Source of the DNA: the human T2T-CHM13v2.0 reference genome, Homo sapiens
NCBI RefSeq assembly: GCF_009914755.1
Contig: NC_060946.1
Length of the DNA stretch: 64,000 bases
Strand: one strand, 5' to 3'
Shown: positions 48,150 to 63,190 of the stretch, in pieces
Layout: every line of letters begins with the position of its first letter
How positions within the stretch are numbered: the first letter of the stretch is position 1
Translations under genes and position numbers: made by a program
The notes under the pieces: generated by a model
The model's database searches: none
Told to the model about the DNA's origin: nothing
What the model saw: only the letters and a program-made list of their open reading frames with translations

Positions 48150-51100
48150 AAAATATGAAAGTACATCAAATATATATTTTATTCTGTACATATAATATTA
48201 AAGTACACCACATATATATTCTGTAGTGTACATAAAATATCAAAGTACCCGAACTATACATTATATACTGTACATAAAATATGAAATTACATCAAATATA
48301 TATTATATTAGGTACATAAAATATGAAAGTACATGAAATATAGATTATATAATGTACATAAAATATCAAGGTACCCCAAATATATATTATATACTCTACA
48401 TGAAATATCAAAGTTCACAAACTATATATTATATACTGTACATAAAATATCAAAGTACCCAAGGTATATATTCTATACTGTACAAAAAATAACAAAGTAC
48501 CAAAAGCATGTATAATATACTGTACATAAAATATGAAAGTACATCAATTATATATTTTATTCTGTACATAAAATATCAAAGTACACCAGATATATATTCT
48601 ATAGTGTACATAAAATATCAAAGTACCCAAACTATACATTATATACTGTAAATAAAATATGAAATTACATCAAATATATTTTATATTAGGTACATAAAAT
48701 ATGAAAGTACATCAAATATATATTTTATTCTGTACATAAAATATCAAAGTACACCAGATATGTATTCTATAGTGTACATAAAATATAAAAGTACCCAAAC
48801 TATACATTATATACTGTACATAAAATATGAAATTATATCAAATATATATTATATTAGGTACATAATATATGAAAGTACATCAAATATAGATTATATACTG
48901 TACATAAAATATCAAAGTACCCCAAATATATATTATATACTCTACATGAAATATCAAAGTTCACAAACTATATATTATATACTGTACATAAAATATCAAA
49001 GTACCCAAGGTATATATTCTATACTGTACAAAAAATATCAAAATACCCAAAGCATGTATTATATACTGTGCATAAAATATGAAAGTACATCAAATATATA
49101 TTTTATTCTGTACATAAAATATCAAAGTACACCAGATATATATTCTATAGTGTACATAAAATATCAAAGTACCGAAACTATACATTATATACTGTACATA
49201 AAATATGAAATTACATCAGATATATTTTATATTAGGTACATAAAATATGAAAGTACATCAAATATAGATTATATACTGTACATTAAATACCAAAGTACCC
49301 CAAATATATATTTTATACTGTACATGAAATATCAGAGTTCACAAACTATATATTATATACTGTACATATAATATCAAAGAACCCAAGGTATATATTCTAT
49401 ACTGTACAAAAAATAACAAAGTACCAAAAGCATGTATTATATACTGTACCTAAAATATGAAAATACATCAAATATATATTTTATTCTGTACATAAAATAT
49501 CAAAGTACACCAGATATATATTCTATAGTGTACATAAAATATCAAAGTACCCAAGCTATACATTACATACTGTACATAAAATATGAAATTACATCAAATA
49601 TATATTATATTAGGTACATAAAATATGAAAGTACATGAAATATAGATTATATACTGTACATAAAATATCAAGGTACCACAAATATATATTATATACACTA
49701 CATGAAATATCAAAGTTCACAAACTATATATTATATACTGTACATATAATATCAAAGTACCCAAGGTATATATTCTATACTGTACAAAAAATAACAAAGT
49801 ACCAAAAGCATGTATTATATACTGTACCTAAAATATGAAAGTACATCAAATATGTATTTTATTCTGTACATAAAATATCAAAGTACACCAGATATATATT
49901 CTATAGTGTACATAAAATATCAAAGTACCCAAACTATACATTATATACTGTAAATAAAATATGAAATTACATCAAATATATTTTATATTAGGTACATAAA
50001 ATATGAAAGTACATCAAATATATATTTTATTCTGTACATAAAATATCAAACTACACCAGATATATATTGTATACTGTACATAAAATATCAAAGTACCCAA
50101 ACTATACATTATATACTGTACATAAAATATGAAATTACATCAAATATATTTTATATTAGGTACATAAAATATGAAAGTACATCAAATACAGATTATATAC
50201 TGTACATTAAATACCAAAGTACCCCAAATATATATTTTATACTGTACATGAAATATCAAAGTTCACAAACTATATATTATATACTGTACATATAATATCA
50301 AAGTACCCAAGGTATATATTCTATACTGTACAAAAAATAACAAAGTACCAAAAGCATGTATTATATACTGTACCTAAAATATGAAAGTACATCAGATATA
50401 TATTTTATTCTGTACATAAAATATCAAAGTACACCCGATATATATTCTATAGTGTACATAAAATATCAAAGTACCCAAACTATACATTATATACTGTAAA
50501 TAAAATATGAAATTACATCAAATATATTTTATATTAGGTACATAAAATATGAAAGTACATCAAATATATATTTTATTCTGTACATATAATATTAAAGTAC
50601 ACCACATATATATTCTGTAGTGTACATAAAATATCAAAGTACCCGAACTATACATTATATACTGTACATAAAATATGAAATTACATCAAATATATATTAT
50701 ATTAGGTACATAAAATATGAAAGTACATGAAATATAGATTATATAATGTACATAAAATATCAAGGTACCCCAAATATATATTATATACTCTACATGAAAT
50801 ATCAAAGTTCACAAACTATATATTATATACTGTACATAAAATATCAAAGTACCCAAGGTATATATTCTATACTGTACAAAAAATAACAAAGTACCAAAAG
50901 CATGTATAATATACTGTACATAAAATATGAAAGTACATCAATTATATATTTTATTCTGTACATAAAATATCAAAGTACACCAGATATATATTCTATAGTG
51001 TACATAAAATATCAAAGTACCCAAACTATACATTATATACTGTAAATAAAATATGAAATTACATCAAATATATTTTATATTAGGTACATAAAATATGAAA

Positions 51101-52960
51101 GTACATCAAATATATATTTTATTCTGTACATAAAATATCAAAGTACACCAGATATGTATTCTATAGTGTACATAAAATATAAAAGTACCCAAACTATACA
51201 TTATATACTGTACATAAAATATGAAATTATATCAAATATATATTATATTAGGTACATAATATATGAAAGTACATCAAATATAGATTATATACTGTACATA
51301 AAATATCAAAGTACCCCAAATATATATTATATACTCTACATGAAATATCAAAGTTCACAAACTATATATTATATACTGTACATAAAATATCAAAGTACCC
51401 AAGGTATATATTCTATACTGTACAAAAAATATCAAAATACCCAAAGCATGTATTATATACTGTGCATAAAATATGAAAGTTCATCAAATATATATTTTAT
51501 TCTGTACATAAAATATCAAAGTACACCAGATATATATTCTATAGTGTACATAAAATATCAAAGTACCGAAACTATACATTATATACTGTACATAAAATAT
51601 GAAATTACATCAGATATATTTTATATTAGGTACATAAAATATGAAAGTACATCAAATATAGATTATATACTGTACATTAAATACCAAAGTACCCCAAATA
51701 TATATTTTATACTGTACATGAAATATCAGAGTTCACAAACTATATATTATATACTGTACATATAATATCAAAGAACCCAAGGTATATATTCTATACTGTA
51801 CAAAAAATAACAAAGTACCAAAAGCATGTATTATATACTGTACCTAAAATATGAAAATACATCAAATATATATTTTATTCTGTACATAAAATATCAAAGT
51901 ACACCAGATATATATTCTATAGTGTACATAAAATATCAAAGTACCCAAGCTATACATTACATACTGTACATAAAATATGAAATTACATCAAATATATATT
52001 ATATTAGGTACATAAAATATGAAAGTACATGAAATATAGATTATATACTGTACATAAAATATCAAGGTACCACAAATATATATTATATACACTACATGAA
52101 ATATCAAAGTTCACAAACTATATATTATATACTGTACATATAATATCAAAGTACCCAAGGTATATATTCTATACTGTACAAAAAATAACAAAGTACCAAA
52201 AGCATGTATTATATACTGTACCTAAAATATGAAAGTACATCAAATATGTATTTTATTCTGTACATAAAATATCAAAGTACACCAGATATATATTCTATAG
52301 TGTACATAAAATATCAAAGTACCCAAACTATAAATTATATACTGTAAATAAAATATGAAATTACATCAAATATATTTTATATTAGGTACATAAAATATGA
52401 AAGTACATCAAATATATATTTTATTCTGTACATAAAATATCAAACTACACCAGATATATATTGTATACTGTACATAAAATATCAAAGTACCCAAACTATA
52501 CATTATATACTGTACATAAAATATGAAATCACATCAAATATATTTTATATTAGGTACATAAAATATGAAAGTACATCAAATACAGATTATATACTGTACA
52601 TTAAATACCAAAGTACCCCAAATATATATTTTATACTGTACATGAAATATCAAAGTTCACAAACTATATATTATATACTGTACATATAATATCAAAGTAC
52701 CCAAGGTATATATTCTATACTGTACAAAAAATAACAAAGTACCAAAAGCATGTATTATATACTGTACCTAAAATATGAAAGTACATCAGATATATATTTT
52801 ATTCTGTACATAAAATATCAAAGTACACCCGATATATATTCTATAGTGTACATAAAATATCAAAGTACCCAAACTATACATTATATACTGTAAATAAAAT
52901 ATGAAATTACATCAAATATATTTTATATTAGGTACATAAAATATGAAAGTACATCAAATA
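48150..52960 (+). repeat. 2,394-bp (57-monomer) tandem duplication
   Basis: ORF pairs 48333/50727, 48760/51154 and 49432/51826. The private cluster TATAATATTAAAGTACACCACAT...CTGTAGTG...CCCGAAC occurs at about 48190 and 50585. The junction lies at about 50544-50586. Confidence 0.92.
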
Positions 52961-55009
52961 TATATTTTATTCTGTACATAAAATATCAAAGTACACCAGA
53001 TATATATTGTATACTGTACATAAAATATCAAAGTACCCAAACTATACATTATATACTGTACATAAAATATGAAATTACATCAAATATATTTTATATTAGG
53101 TACATAAAATATGAAAGTACATCAAATACAGATTATATACTGTACATTAAATACCAAAGTACCCCAAATATATATTTTATACTGTACATGAAATATCAAA
53201 GTTCACAAACTATATATTATATACTGTACATATAATATCAAAGTACCCAAGGTATATATTCTATACTGTACAAAAAATAACAAAGTACCAAAAGCATGTA
53301 TTATATACTGTACCTAAAATATGAAAGTACATCAGATATATATTTTATTCTGTACATAAAATATCAAAGTACACCAGATATATATTCTATAGTGTACATA
53401 AAATATCAAAGTACCCAAACTATACATTATATACTGTACATAAAATATGAAATTACATCAAATATATATTATATTAGGTACATAAAATATGAAAGTACAT
53501 GAAATATAGATTATATACTGTACATAAAATATCAAGGTACCCCAAATATATATTATATACTCTACATGAAATATCAAAGTTCTGAAACTATATATTATAT
53601 ACTGTACATAAAATATCAAAGTACCCAAGGTATATATTCTATACTGTACAAAAAATAACAAAGTACCAATAGCATGTATAATACACTGTACATAAAATAT
53701 GAAAGTACATCGAATATATATTTTATTCTTTACATAAAATATCAAAGTACACCAGATTTATATTCTATAGCGTACATAAAATATCAAAGTACCCAAACTA
53801 TACATTATATATTGTAAATAAAATATGAAATTACATCAAATATATTTTATATTTGGTACATAAAATATGAAAGTACATCAAATATATATTTTATTCTGTA
53901 CATAAAATATCAAAGTACACCAGATATATATTCTATACTGTACATAAAATATCAAAGTACCCAAACTATACATTATATACTGTACATAAAATATGAAATT
54001 ACATCAAATATATTTTATATTAGGTACATAAAATATGAAAGTACATCAAATATAGATTATATACTGTACATTAAATACCAAAGTACCCCAAATATATATT
54101 TTACACTGTACATGAAATATCAAAGTTCACAAACTATATATTATATACTGTACATATAATATCAAAGTACCCAAGGTATATATTCTATACTGTACAAAAA
54201 ATAACAAAGTACCAAAAGCATGTATTATATACTGTACGTAAAATATGAAAGTACATCAAATATATATTTTATTCTGTACATAATATATCAAAGTACACCA
54301 GATATATATTCTATAGTGTACATAAAATATCAAAATACCCAAACTATACATTATATACTGTACATAAAATATGAAATTACATCAAATATATATTATATTA
54401 GGTACATAAAATATGAAAGTACATGAAATATAGATTATATACTGTACATAAAATATCAAGGTACCCCAAATATATATTATATACTCTACATGAAATATCA
54501 AAGTTCACAAACTATATATTATATACTGTACATAAAATATCAAAGTACCCAAGATATATATTCTATACTGTACAAAAAATAACAAAGTACCAAAAGCATG
54601 TATAATATACTGTACATAAAATATGAAAGTACATCAAATATATATTTTATTCTGTACATAAAATATCAAAGTACACCAGATATATATTCTATAGTGTACA
54701 TAAAATATCAAAGTACCCAAACTATACATTATATACTGTAAATAAAATATGAAATTACATCAAATATATTTTATATTAGGTACATAAAATATGAAAGTAC
54801 ATCAAATATATATTTTATTCTGTACATAAAATATCAAAGTACACCAGATATATATTCTATAGTGTACATAAAATATCAAAATACCCAAACTATACATTAT
54901 ATACTGTACATAAAATATGAAATTACATCAAATATATTTTATATTAGGTACATAAAATATGAAAGTACATCAAATATAGATTATATACTGTACATTAAAT
55001 ACCAAATTA

Positions 55010-58000
55010 CCCCAAATATATATTTTATACTGTACATGAAATATCAAAGTTCACAAACTATATATTATATACTGTACATAAAATATCAAAGTACCCAAGG
55101 TATATATTCTATACTGTACAAAAAATAACAAAGTACCAAAAGCATGTATAATATACTGTACATAAAATATGAAAGTACATCAAATATATATTTTATTATG
55201 TACATAAAATATCAAAGTACACCAGATATATATTCTATAGTGTACATAAAATATCAAAGTACCCAAACTATACATTATATACTGTAAATAAAATATGAAA
55301 TTACATCAAATATATTTTATATTAGGTACATAACATATGAAAGTACATCAAATATATATTTTATTCTGTACATAAAATATCAAAGTACACCAGATATATA
55401 TTCTATAGTGTACATAAAATATCAAAGTACCCAAACTATACATTATATACTGTACATAAAATATGAAATTACATCAAATATATTTTATATTAGGTACATA
55501 AAATATGAAAGTACATCAAATATAGATTATATACTGTACATTAAATACCAAATTACCCCAAATATATATTTTATACTGTACATGAAATATCAAAGTTCAC
55601 AAACTATATATTATATACTGTACATGTAATATCAAAGTACCCAAGGTATATATTCTATACTGTACAAAAAATAACAAAGTACCAAAAGCATGTATTATAT
55701 ACTGTACCTAAAATATGAAAGTACATCAAATATATATTTTATTCTGTACATAAAATATCAAAATACACCAGATATATATTCTATAGTGTACATAAAATAT
55801 CAAAGTACCCAAACTATACATTATATACTGTACATAAAATATGAAATTACATCAAATATATTTTATATTAGGTACATAAAATATGAAAGTACATCAAATA
55901 TAGATTATATACTGTACATTAAATACCAACGTACCCCAAATATATATTTTATACTGTACATGAAATATCAAAGTTCACAAACTATATATTATATACTGTA
56001 CATATAATATCAAAGTACCCAAGGTATATATTCTATACTGTACAAAAAATAACAAAGTACCAAAAGCATGTATTATATACTGTACCTAAAATATGAAAGT
56101 ACATAAAATATATATTTTATTCTGTACATAAAATATCAAAGTACACCAGATATATATTCTATAGTGTACATAAAATATCAAAGTACCCAATCTATACATT
56201 ATATACTGTACATAAAATATGAAATTACATCAAATATATTTTATATTAGGTACATAAAATATGAAAGTACATCAAATATAGATTATATACTGTACATTAA
56301 ATACCAACGTACCCTAAATATATATTTTATACTGTACATGAAATATCAAAGTTCACAAACTATATATTATATACTGTACATATAATATCAATGTACCCAA
56401 GGTATATATTCTATACTGTACAAAAAATAACAAAGTACCAAAAGCATGTATTATATACTGTACCTAAAATATGAAAGTACATCAAATATATATTTTATTC
56501 TGTACATAAAATATCAAAGTACACCAGATATATATTCTATAGTGTACATAAAATATCAAAGTACCCAAGCTATACATTATATACTGTACATAAAATATGA
56601 AATTACATCAAATATATATTATATTAGGTACATAAAATATGAAAGTACATGAAATATAGATTATATACTGTACATAAAATATCAAGGTACCCCAAATATA
56701 TATTATATACTCTACATGAAATATCAAAGTTCACAAACTATATATTATATACTGTACATATAATATCAAAGTACCCAAGGTATATATTCTATACTGTACA
56801 AAAAATAACAAAGTACCAAAAGCATGTATAATATACTGTACATAAAATATGAAAGTACATCAAATATATATTTTATTCTGTTCATAAAATATCAAAGTAC
56901 ACCAGATATATATTCTATAGTGTACATAAAATATCAAAGTACCCAAACTATACATTATATACTGTACATAAAATATGAAATTACATCAAATATATTTTAT
57001 ATTAGGTACATAAAATATGAAAGTACATCAAATATAGATTATATACTGTACATTAAATACCAAAGTACCCCAAATATATATTTTATACTGTACATGAAAT
57101 ATCAAAGTTCACAAACTATATATTATATACTGTACATAAAATATCAAAGTACCCAAGGTATATATTCTATACTGTACAAAAAATAACAAAGTACCAAAAG
57201 CATGTATAATATACTGTACATAAAATATGAAAGTACATCAAATATATATTTTATTATGTACATAAAATATCAAAGTACACCAGATATATATTCTATAGTG
57301 TACATAAAATATCAAAGTACCCAAACTATACATTATATACTGTAAATAAAATATGAAATTACATCAAATATATTTTATATTAGGTACATAACATATGAAA
57401 GTACATCAAATATATATTTTATTCTGTACATAAAATATCAAAGTACACCAGATATATATTCTATAGTGTACATAAAATATCAAAGTACCCAAACTATACA
57501 TTATATACTGTACATAAAATATGAAATTACATCAAATATATTTTATATTAGGTACATAAAATATGAAAGTACATCAAATATAGATTATATACTGTACATT
57601 AAATACCAAATTACCCCAAATATATATTTTATACTGTACATGAAATATCAAAGTTCACAAACTATATATTATATACTGTACATGTAATATCAAAGTACCC
57701 AAGGTATATATTCTATACTGTACAAAAAATAACAAAGTACCAAAAGCATGTATTATATACTGTACCTAAAATATGAAAGTACATCAAATATATATTTTAT
57801 TCTGTACATAAAATATCAAAATACACCAGATATATATTCTATAGTGTACATAAAATATCAAAGTACCCAAACTATACATTATATACTGTACATAAAATAT
57901 GAAATTACATCAAATATATTTTATATTAGGTACATAAAATATGAAAGTACATCAAATATAGATTATATACTGTACATTAAATACCAACGTACCCCAAATA

Positions 58001-61000
58001 TATATTTTATACTGTACATGAAATATCAAAGTTCACAAACTATATATTATATACTGTACATATAATATCAAAGTACCCAAGGTATATATTCTATACTGTA
58101 CAAAAAATAACAAAGTACCAAAAGCATGTATAATATACTGTACATAAAATATGAAAGTACATCAAATATATATTTTATTCTGTACATAAAATATCAAAGT
58201 ACACCAGATATATATTCTATAGTGTACATAAAATATCAAAGTACCCAAACTATACATTATATACTGTAAATAAAATATGAAATTACATCAAATATATTTT
58301 ATATTAGGTACATAACATATGAAAGTACATCAAATATATATTTTATTCTGTACATAAAATATCAAAGTACACCAGATATATATTCTATAGTGTACATAAA
58401 ATATCAAAGTACCCAAACTATACATTATATACTGTACATAAAATATGAAATTACATCAAATATATTTTATATTAGGTACATAAAATATGAAAGTACATCA
58501 AATATAGATTATATACTGTACATTAAATACCAAAGTACCCCAAATATATATTTTATACTGTACATGAAATATCAAAGTTCACAAACTATATATTATATGC
58601 TGTACATATAATATCAAAGTACCCAAGGTATATATTCTATACTGTACAAAAAATAACAAAGTACCAAAAGCATGTATTATATACTGTACCTAAAATATGA
58701 AAGTACATCAAATATATATTTTATTCTGTACATAAAATATCAAAGTACACCAGATATATATTCTATAGTGTACATAAAATATCAAAGTACCCAAACTATA
58801 CATTATATACTGTACATAAAATATGAAATTACATCAAATATATTTTATATTAGGTACATAAAATATGAAAGTACATCAAATATAGATTATATACTGTACA
58901 TTAAATACCAAAGTACCCCAAATATATATTTTATACTGTACATGAAATATCAAAGTTCACAAACTATATATTATATACTGTACATAAAATATAAAAGTAC
59001 CCAAGGTATGTATTCTATACTGTACAAAAAATAACAAAGTACCAAAAGCATGTATTATATACTGTACCTAAAATATGAAAGTACATCAAATATATATTTT
59101 ATTCTGTACATAAAATATCAAAGTACACCAGATATATATTCTATAGTGTACATAAAATATCAAAGTACCCAAACTATACATTATATACTGTACATAAAAT
59201 ATGAAATTACATCAAATATATATTATATTAGGTACATAAAATATGAAAGTACATGAAATATAGATTATATACTGTACATAAAATATCAAGGTACCCCAAA
59301 TATATATTATATACTCTACTTGAAATATCAAAGTTCTCAAACTATATATTATATACTGTACATAAAATATCAAAGTACCCAAGGTATATATTCTATACTG
59401 TACAAAAAATAACAAAGTACCAAAAGCATGTATAATATACTGTACATAAAATATGAAAGTACATCAAATATATATTTTATTCTGTACATAAAATATCAAA
59501 GTACACCAGATATATATTCTATAGTGTACATAAAATATCAAAGTACCCAAACTATAGATTATTTACTGTAAATAAAATATGAAATTACATCAAATATGTT
59601 TTATATTAGGTACATAAAATATGAAAGTACATCAAATATATATTTTATTCTGTACATAAAATATCAAAGTACACCAGATATATATTCTATACTGTACATA
59701 AAATATCAAAGTACCCAAACTATACATTATATACTGTACATAAAATATGAAATTACATCAAATATATTTTATATTAGGTACATAAAATATGAAAGTACAT
59801 CAAATATAGATTATATACTGTACATTAAATACCAAAGTACCCCAAATATATATTTTATACTGTACATGAAATATCAAAGTTCACAAACTATATATTATAT
59901 ACTGTACATATAATATCAAAGTACCCAAGGTATATATTCTATACTGTACAAAAAATAACAAAGTACCAAAAGCATGTATTATATACTGTACTTAAAATAT
60001 GAAAGTACATCAAATATATATTTTATTCTGTACATAAAATATCAAAGTACACCAGATATATATTCTATAGTGTACATAAAATATCAAAGTACCCAAACTA
60101 TACATTATATACTGTACATAAAATATGAAATTACATCAAATATATATTATATTAGGTACATAAAATATGAAATTACATGAAATATAGATTATATACTGTA
60201 CATAAAATATCAAGGTAACCCAAATATATATTATATACTCTACATGAAATATCAAAGTTCAGAAACTATATATTATATACTGTACATAAAATATCAAAGT
60301 ACCCAAGGTATATATTCTATACTGTACAAAAAATAACAAAGTACCAAAAGCATGTATACTATACTGTACATAAAATATGAAAGTACATCAAATATATATT
60401 TTATTCTGTACATAAAATATCAAAGTACACCAGATATATATTCTATAGTGTACATAAAATATCAAAGTACCCAAACTATACATTATATACTGTACATAAA
60501 ATATGAAATTACATCAAATATATTTTATATTAGGTACATAAAATATGAAAGTACATCAAATATATATTTTATTCTGTACATAAAATATCAAAGTACACCA
60601 GATATATATTCTATAGTGTACATAAAATATCAAAGTACCCAAACTATACATTATATACTGTACATAAAATATGAAATTACATCAAATATATTTTATATTA
60701 GTTACATAAAATATGAAAGTACATGAAATATAGATTATATACTGTACATTAAATACCAAAGTACCCCAAATATATATTTTATACTGTACATGAAATATCA
60801 AAGTTCACAAACTATATATTATATACTGTACATATAATATCAAAGTACCCAAGGTATATATTCTATACTGTACAAAAAATAACAAAGTACCAAAAGCATG
60901 TATAATATACTGTACATAAAATATGAAAGTACATCAAATATATATTTTATTCTGTACATAAAATATCAAAGTACACCAGATATATATTCTATAGTGTACA

Positions 61001-63190
61001 TAAAATATCAAAGTACCCAAACTATACATTATATACTGTACATAAAATATGAAATTACATCAAATATATTTTATATTAGGTACATAAAATATGAAAGTAC
61101 ATCAAATATATATTTTATTCTGTACATAAAATATCAAAGTACACCAGATATATATTCTATAGTGTACATAAAATATCAAAGTACCCAAACTATACATTAT
61201 ATACTGTACATAAAATATGAAATTACATCAAATATATATTATATTAGGTACATAAAATATGAAAGTACATGAAATATAGATTATATACTGTACATAAAAT
61301 ATCAAGGTACCCCAAATATATATTATATACTCTACATGAAATATCAAAGTTCACAAACTATATATTATATACTGTACATAAAATATCAAAGTACCCAAGG
61401 TATATATTCTATACTGAACAAAAAATAACAAAGTACCAAAAGCATGTATAATATACTGTACCTAAAATATGAAAGTACATCAAATATATATTTTATTCTG
61501 TACATAAAATATCAGAGTACACCAGATATATATTCTATAGTGAACATAAAGTATCAAAGTACCCAAACTATACATTATATACTGTACATAAAATATGAAA
61601 TTACATCAAATATATATTATATTAGGTACATAAAATATGAAAGTACATGAAATATAGATTATATACTGTACATAAAATATCAAGGTACCCCAAATATATA
61701 TTATATACTCTACATGAAATATCAAAGTTCACAAACTATATATTATATACTGTACATAAAATATCAAAGTACCCAAGGTATATATTCTATACTGTACAAA
61801 AAATAACAAAGTACCAAAAGCATGTATAATATACTGTACATAAAATATGAAAGTACATCAAATATATATTTTATTCTGTTCATAAAATATCAAAGTACAC
61901 CAGATATATATTTTATAGTGTACATAAAATATCAAAGTACCCAAACTATACATTATATACTGTAAATAAAATATGAAATTACATCAAATATATTTTATAT
62001 TAGGTACATAAAATATGAAAGTACATCAAATATATATTTTATTCTGTATATAAAATATCAAAGTACACCAGATATATATTCTATAGTGTACATAAAATAT
62101 CAAAGTACCCAAACTATACATTATATACTGTACATAAAATATGAAATTACATCAAATATATTTTATATTAGGTACATAAAATATGAAAGTACATCAAATA
62201 TAGATTATATACTGTACATTAAATACCAAATTACCCCAAATATATATTTTATACTGTACATGAAATATCAAAGTTCACAAACTATATATTATATACTGTA
62301 CATGTAATATCAAAGTACCCAAGGTATATATTCTATACTGTACAAAAAATAACAAAGTACCAAAAGCATGTATTATATACTGTACCTAAAATATGAAAGT
62401 ACATCAAATATATATTTTATTCTGTACATAAAATATCAAAGTACACCAGATATATATTCTATAGTGTACATAAAATATCAAAGTACCCAAACTATACATT
62501 ATATACTGTACATAAAATATGAAATTACATCAAATATATTTTATATTAGGTACATAAAATATGAAAGTACATCAAATATAGATTATATACTGTACATTAA
62601 ATACCAAAGTACCCCAAATATATATTTTATACTGTACATGAAATATCAAAGTTCACAAACTATATATTATATACTGTACATATAATATCAAAGTACCCAA
62701 GGTATATATTCTATACTGTACAAAAAATAACAAAGTACCAAAAGCATGTATTATATACTGTACCTAAAATATGAAAGTACATAAAATATATATTTTATTC
62801 TGTACATAAAATATCAAAGTACACCAGATATATATTCTATAGTGTACATAAAATATCAAAGTACCCAATCTATACATTATATACTGTACATAAAATATGA
62901 AATTACATCAAATATATTTTATATTAGGTACATAAAATATGAAAGTACATCAAATATAGATTATATACTGTACATTAAATACCAACGTACCCTAAATATA
63001 TATTTTATACTGTACATGAAATATCAAAGTTCACAAACTATATATTATATACTGTACATATAATATCAATGTACCCAAGGTATATATTCTATACTGTACA
63101 AAAAATAACAAAGTACCAAAAGCATGTATTATATACTGTACCTAAAATATGAAAGTACATCAAATATATATTTTATTCTGTACATAAAAT
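55010..63190 (+). repeat. Dispersed paralogous segments of about 1 kb at offsets 2,058 and 6,678 bp
   Basis: 55408/57466 and 55690/57748 (offset 2058; shared TTATTATGTAC, TAACATATGA, CATGTAAT, CCAACGTACC). 56164/62842 (offset 6678; shared CCCAATCTATA, CAACGTACCCTAAA, ATCAATGTACC). Confidence 0.8.
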
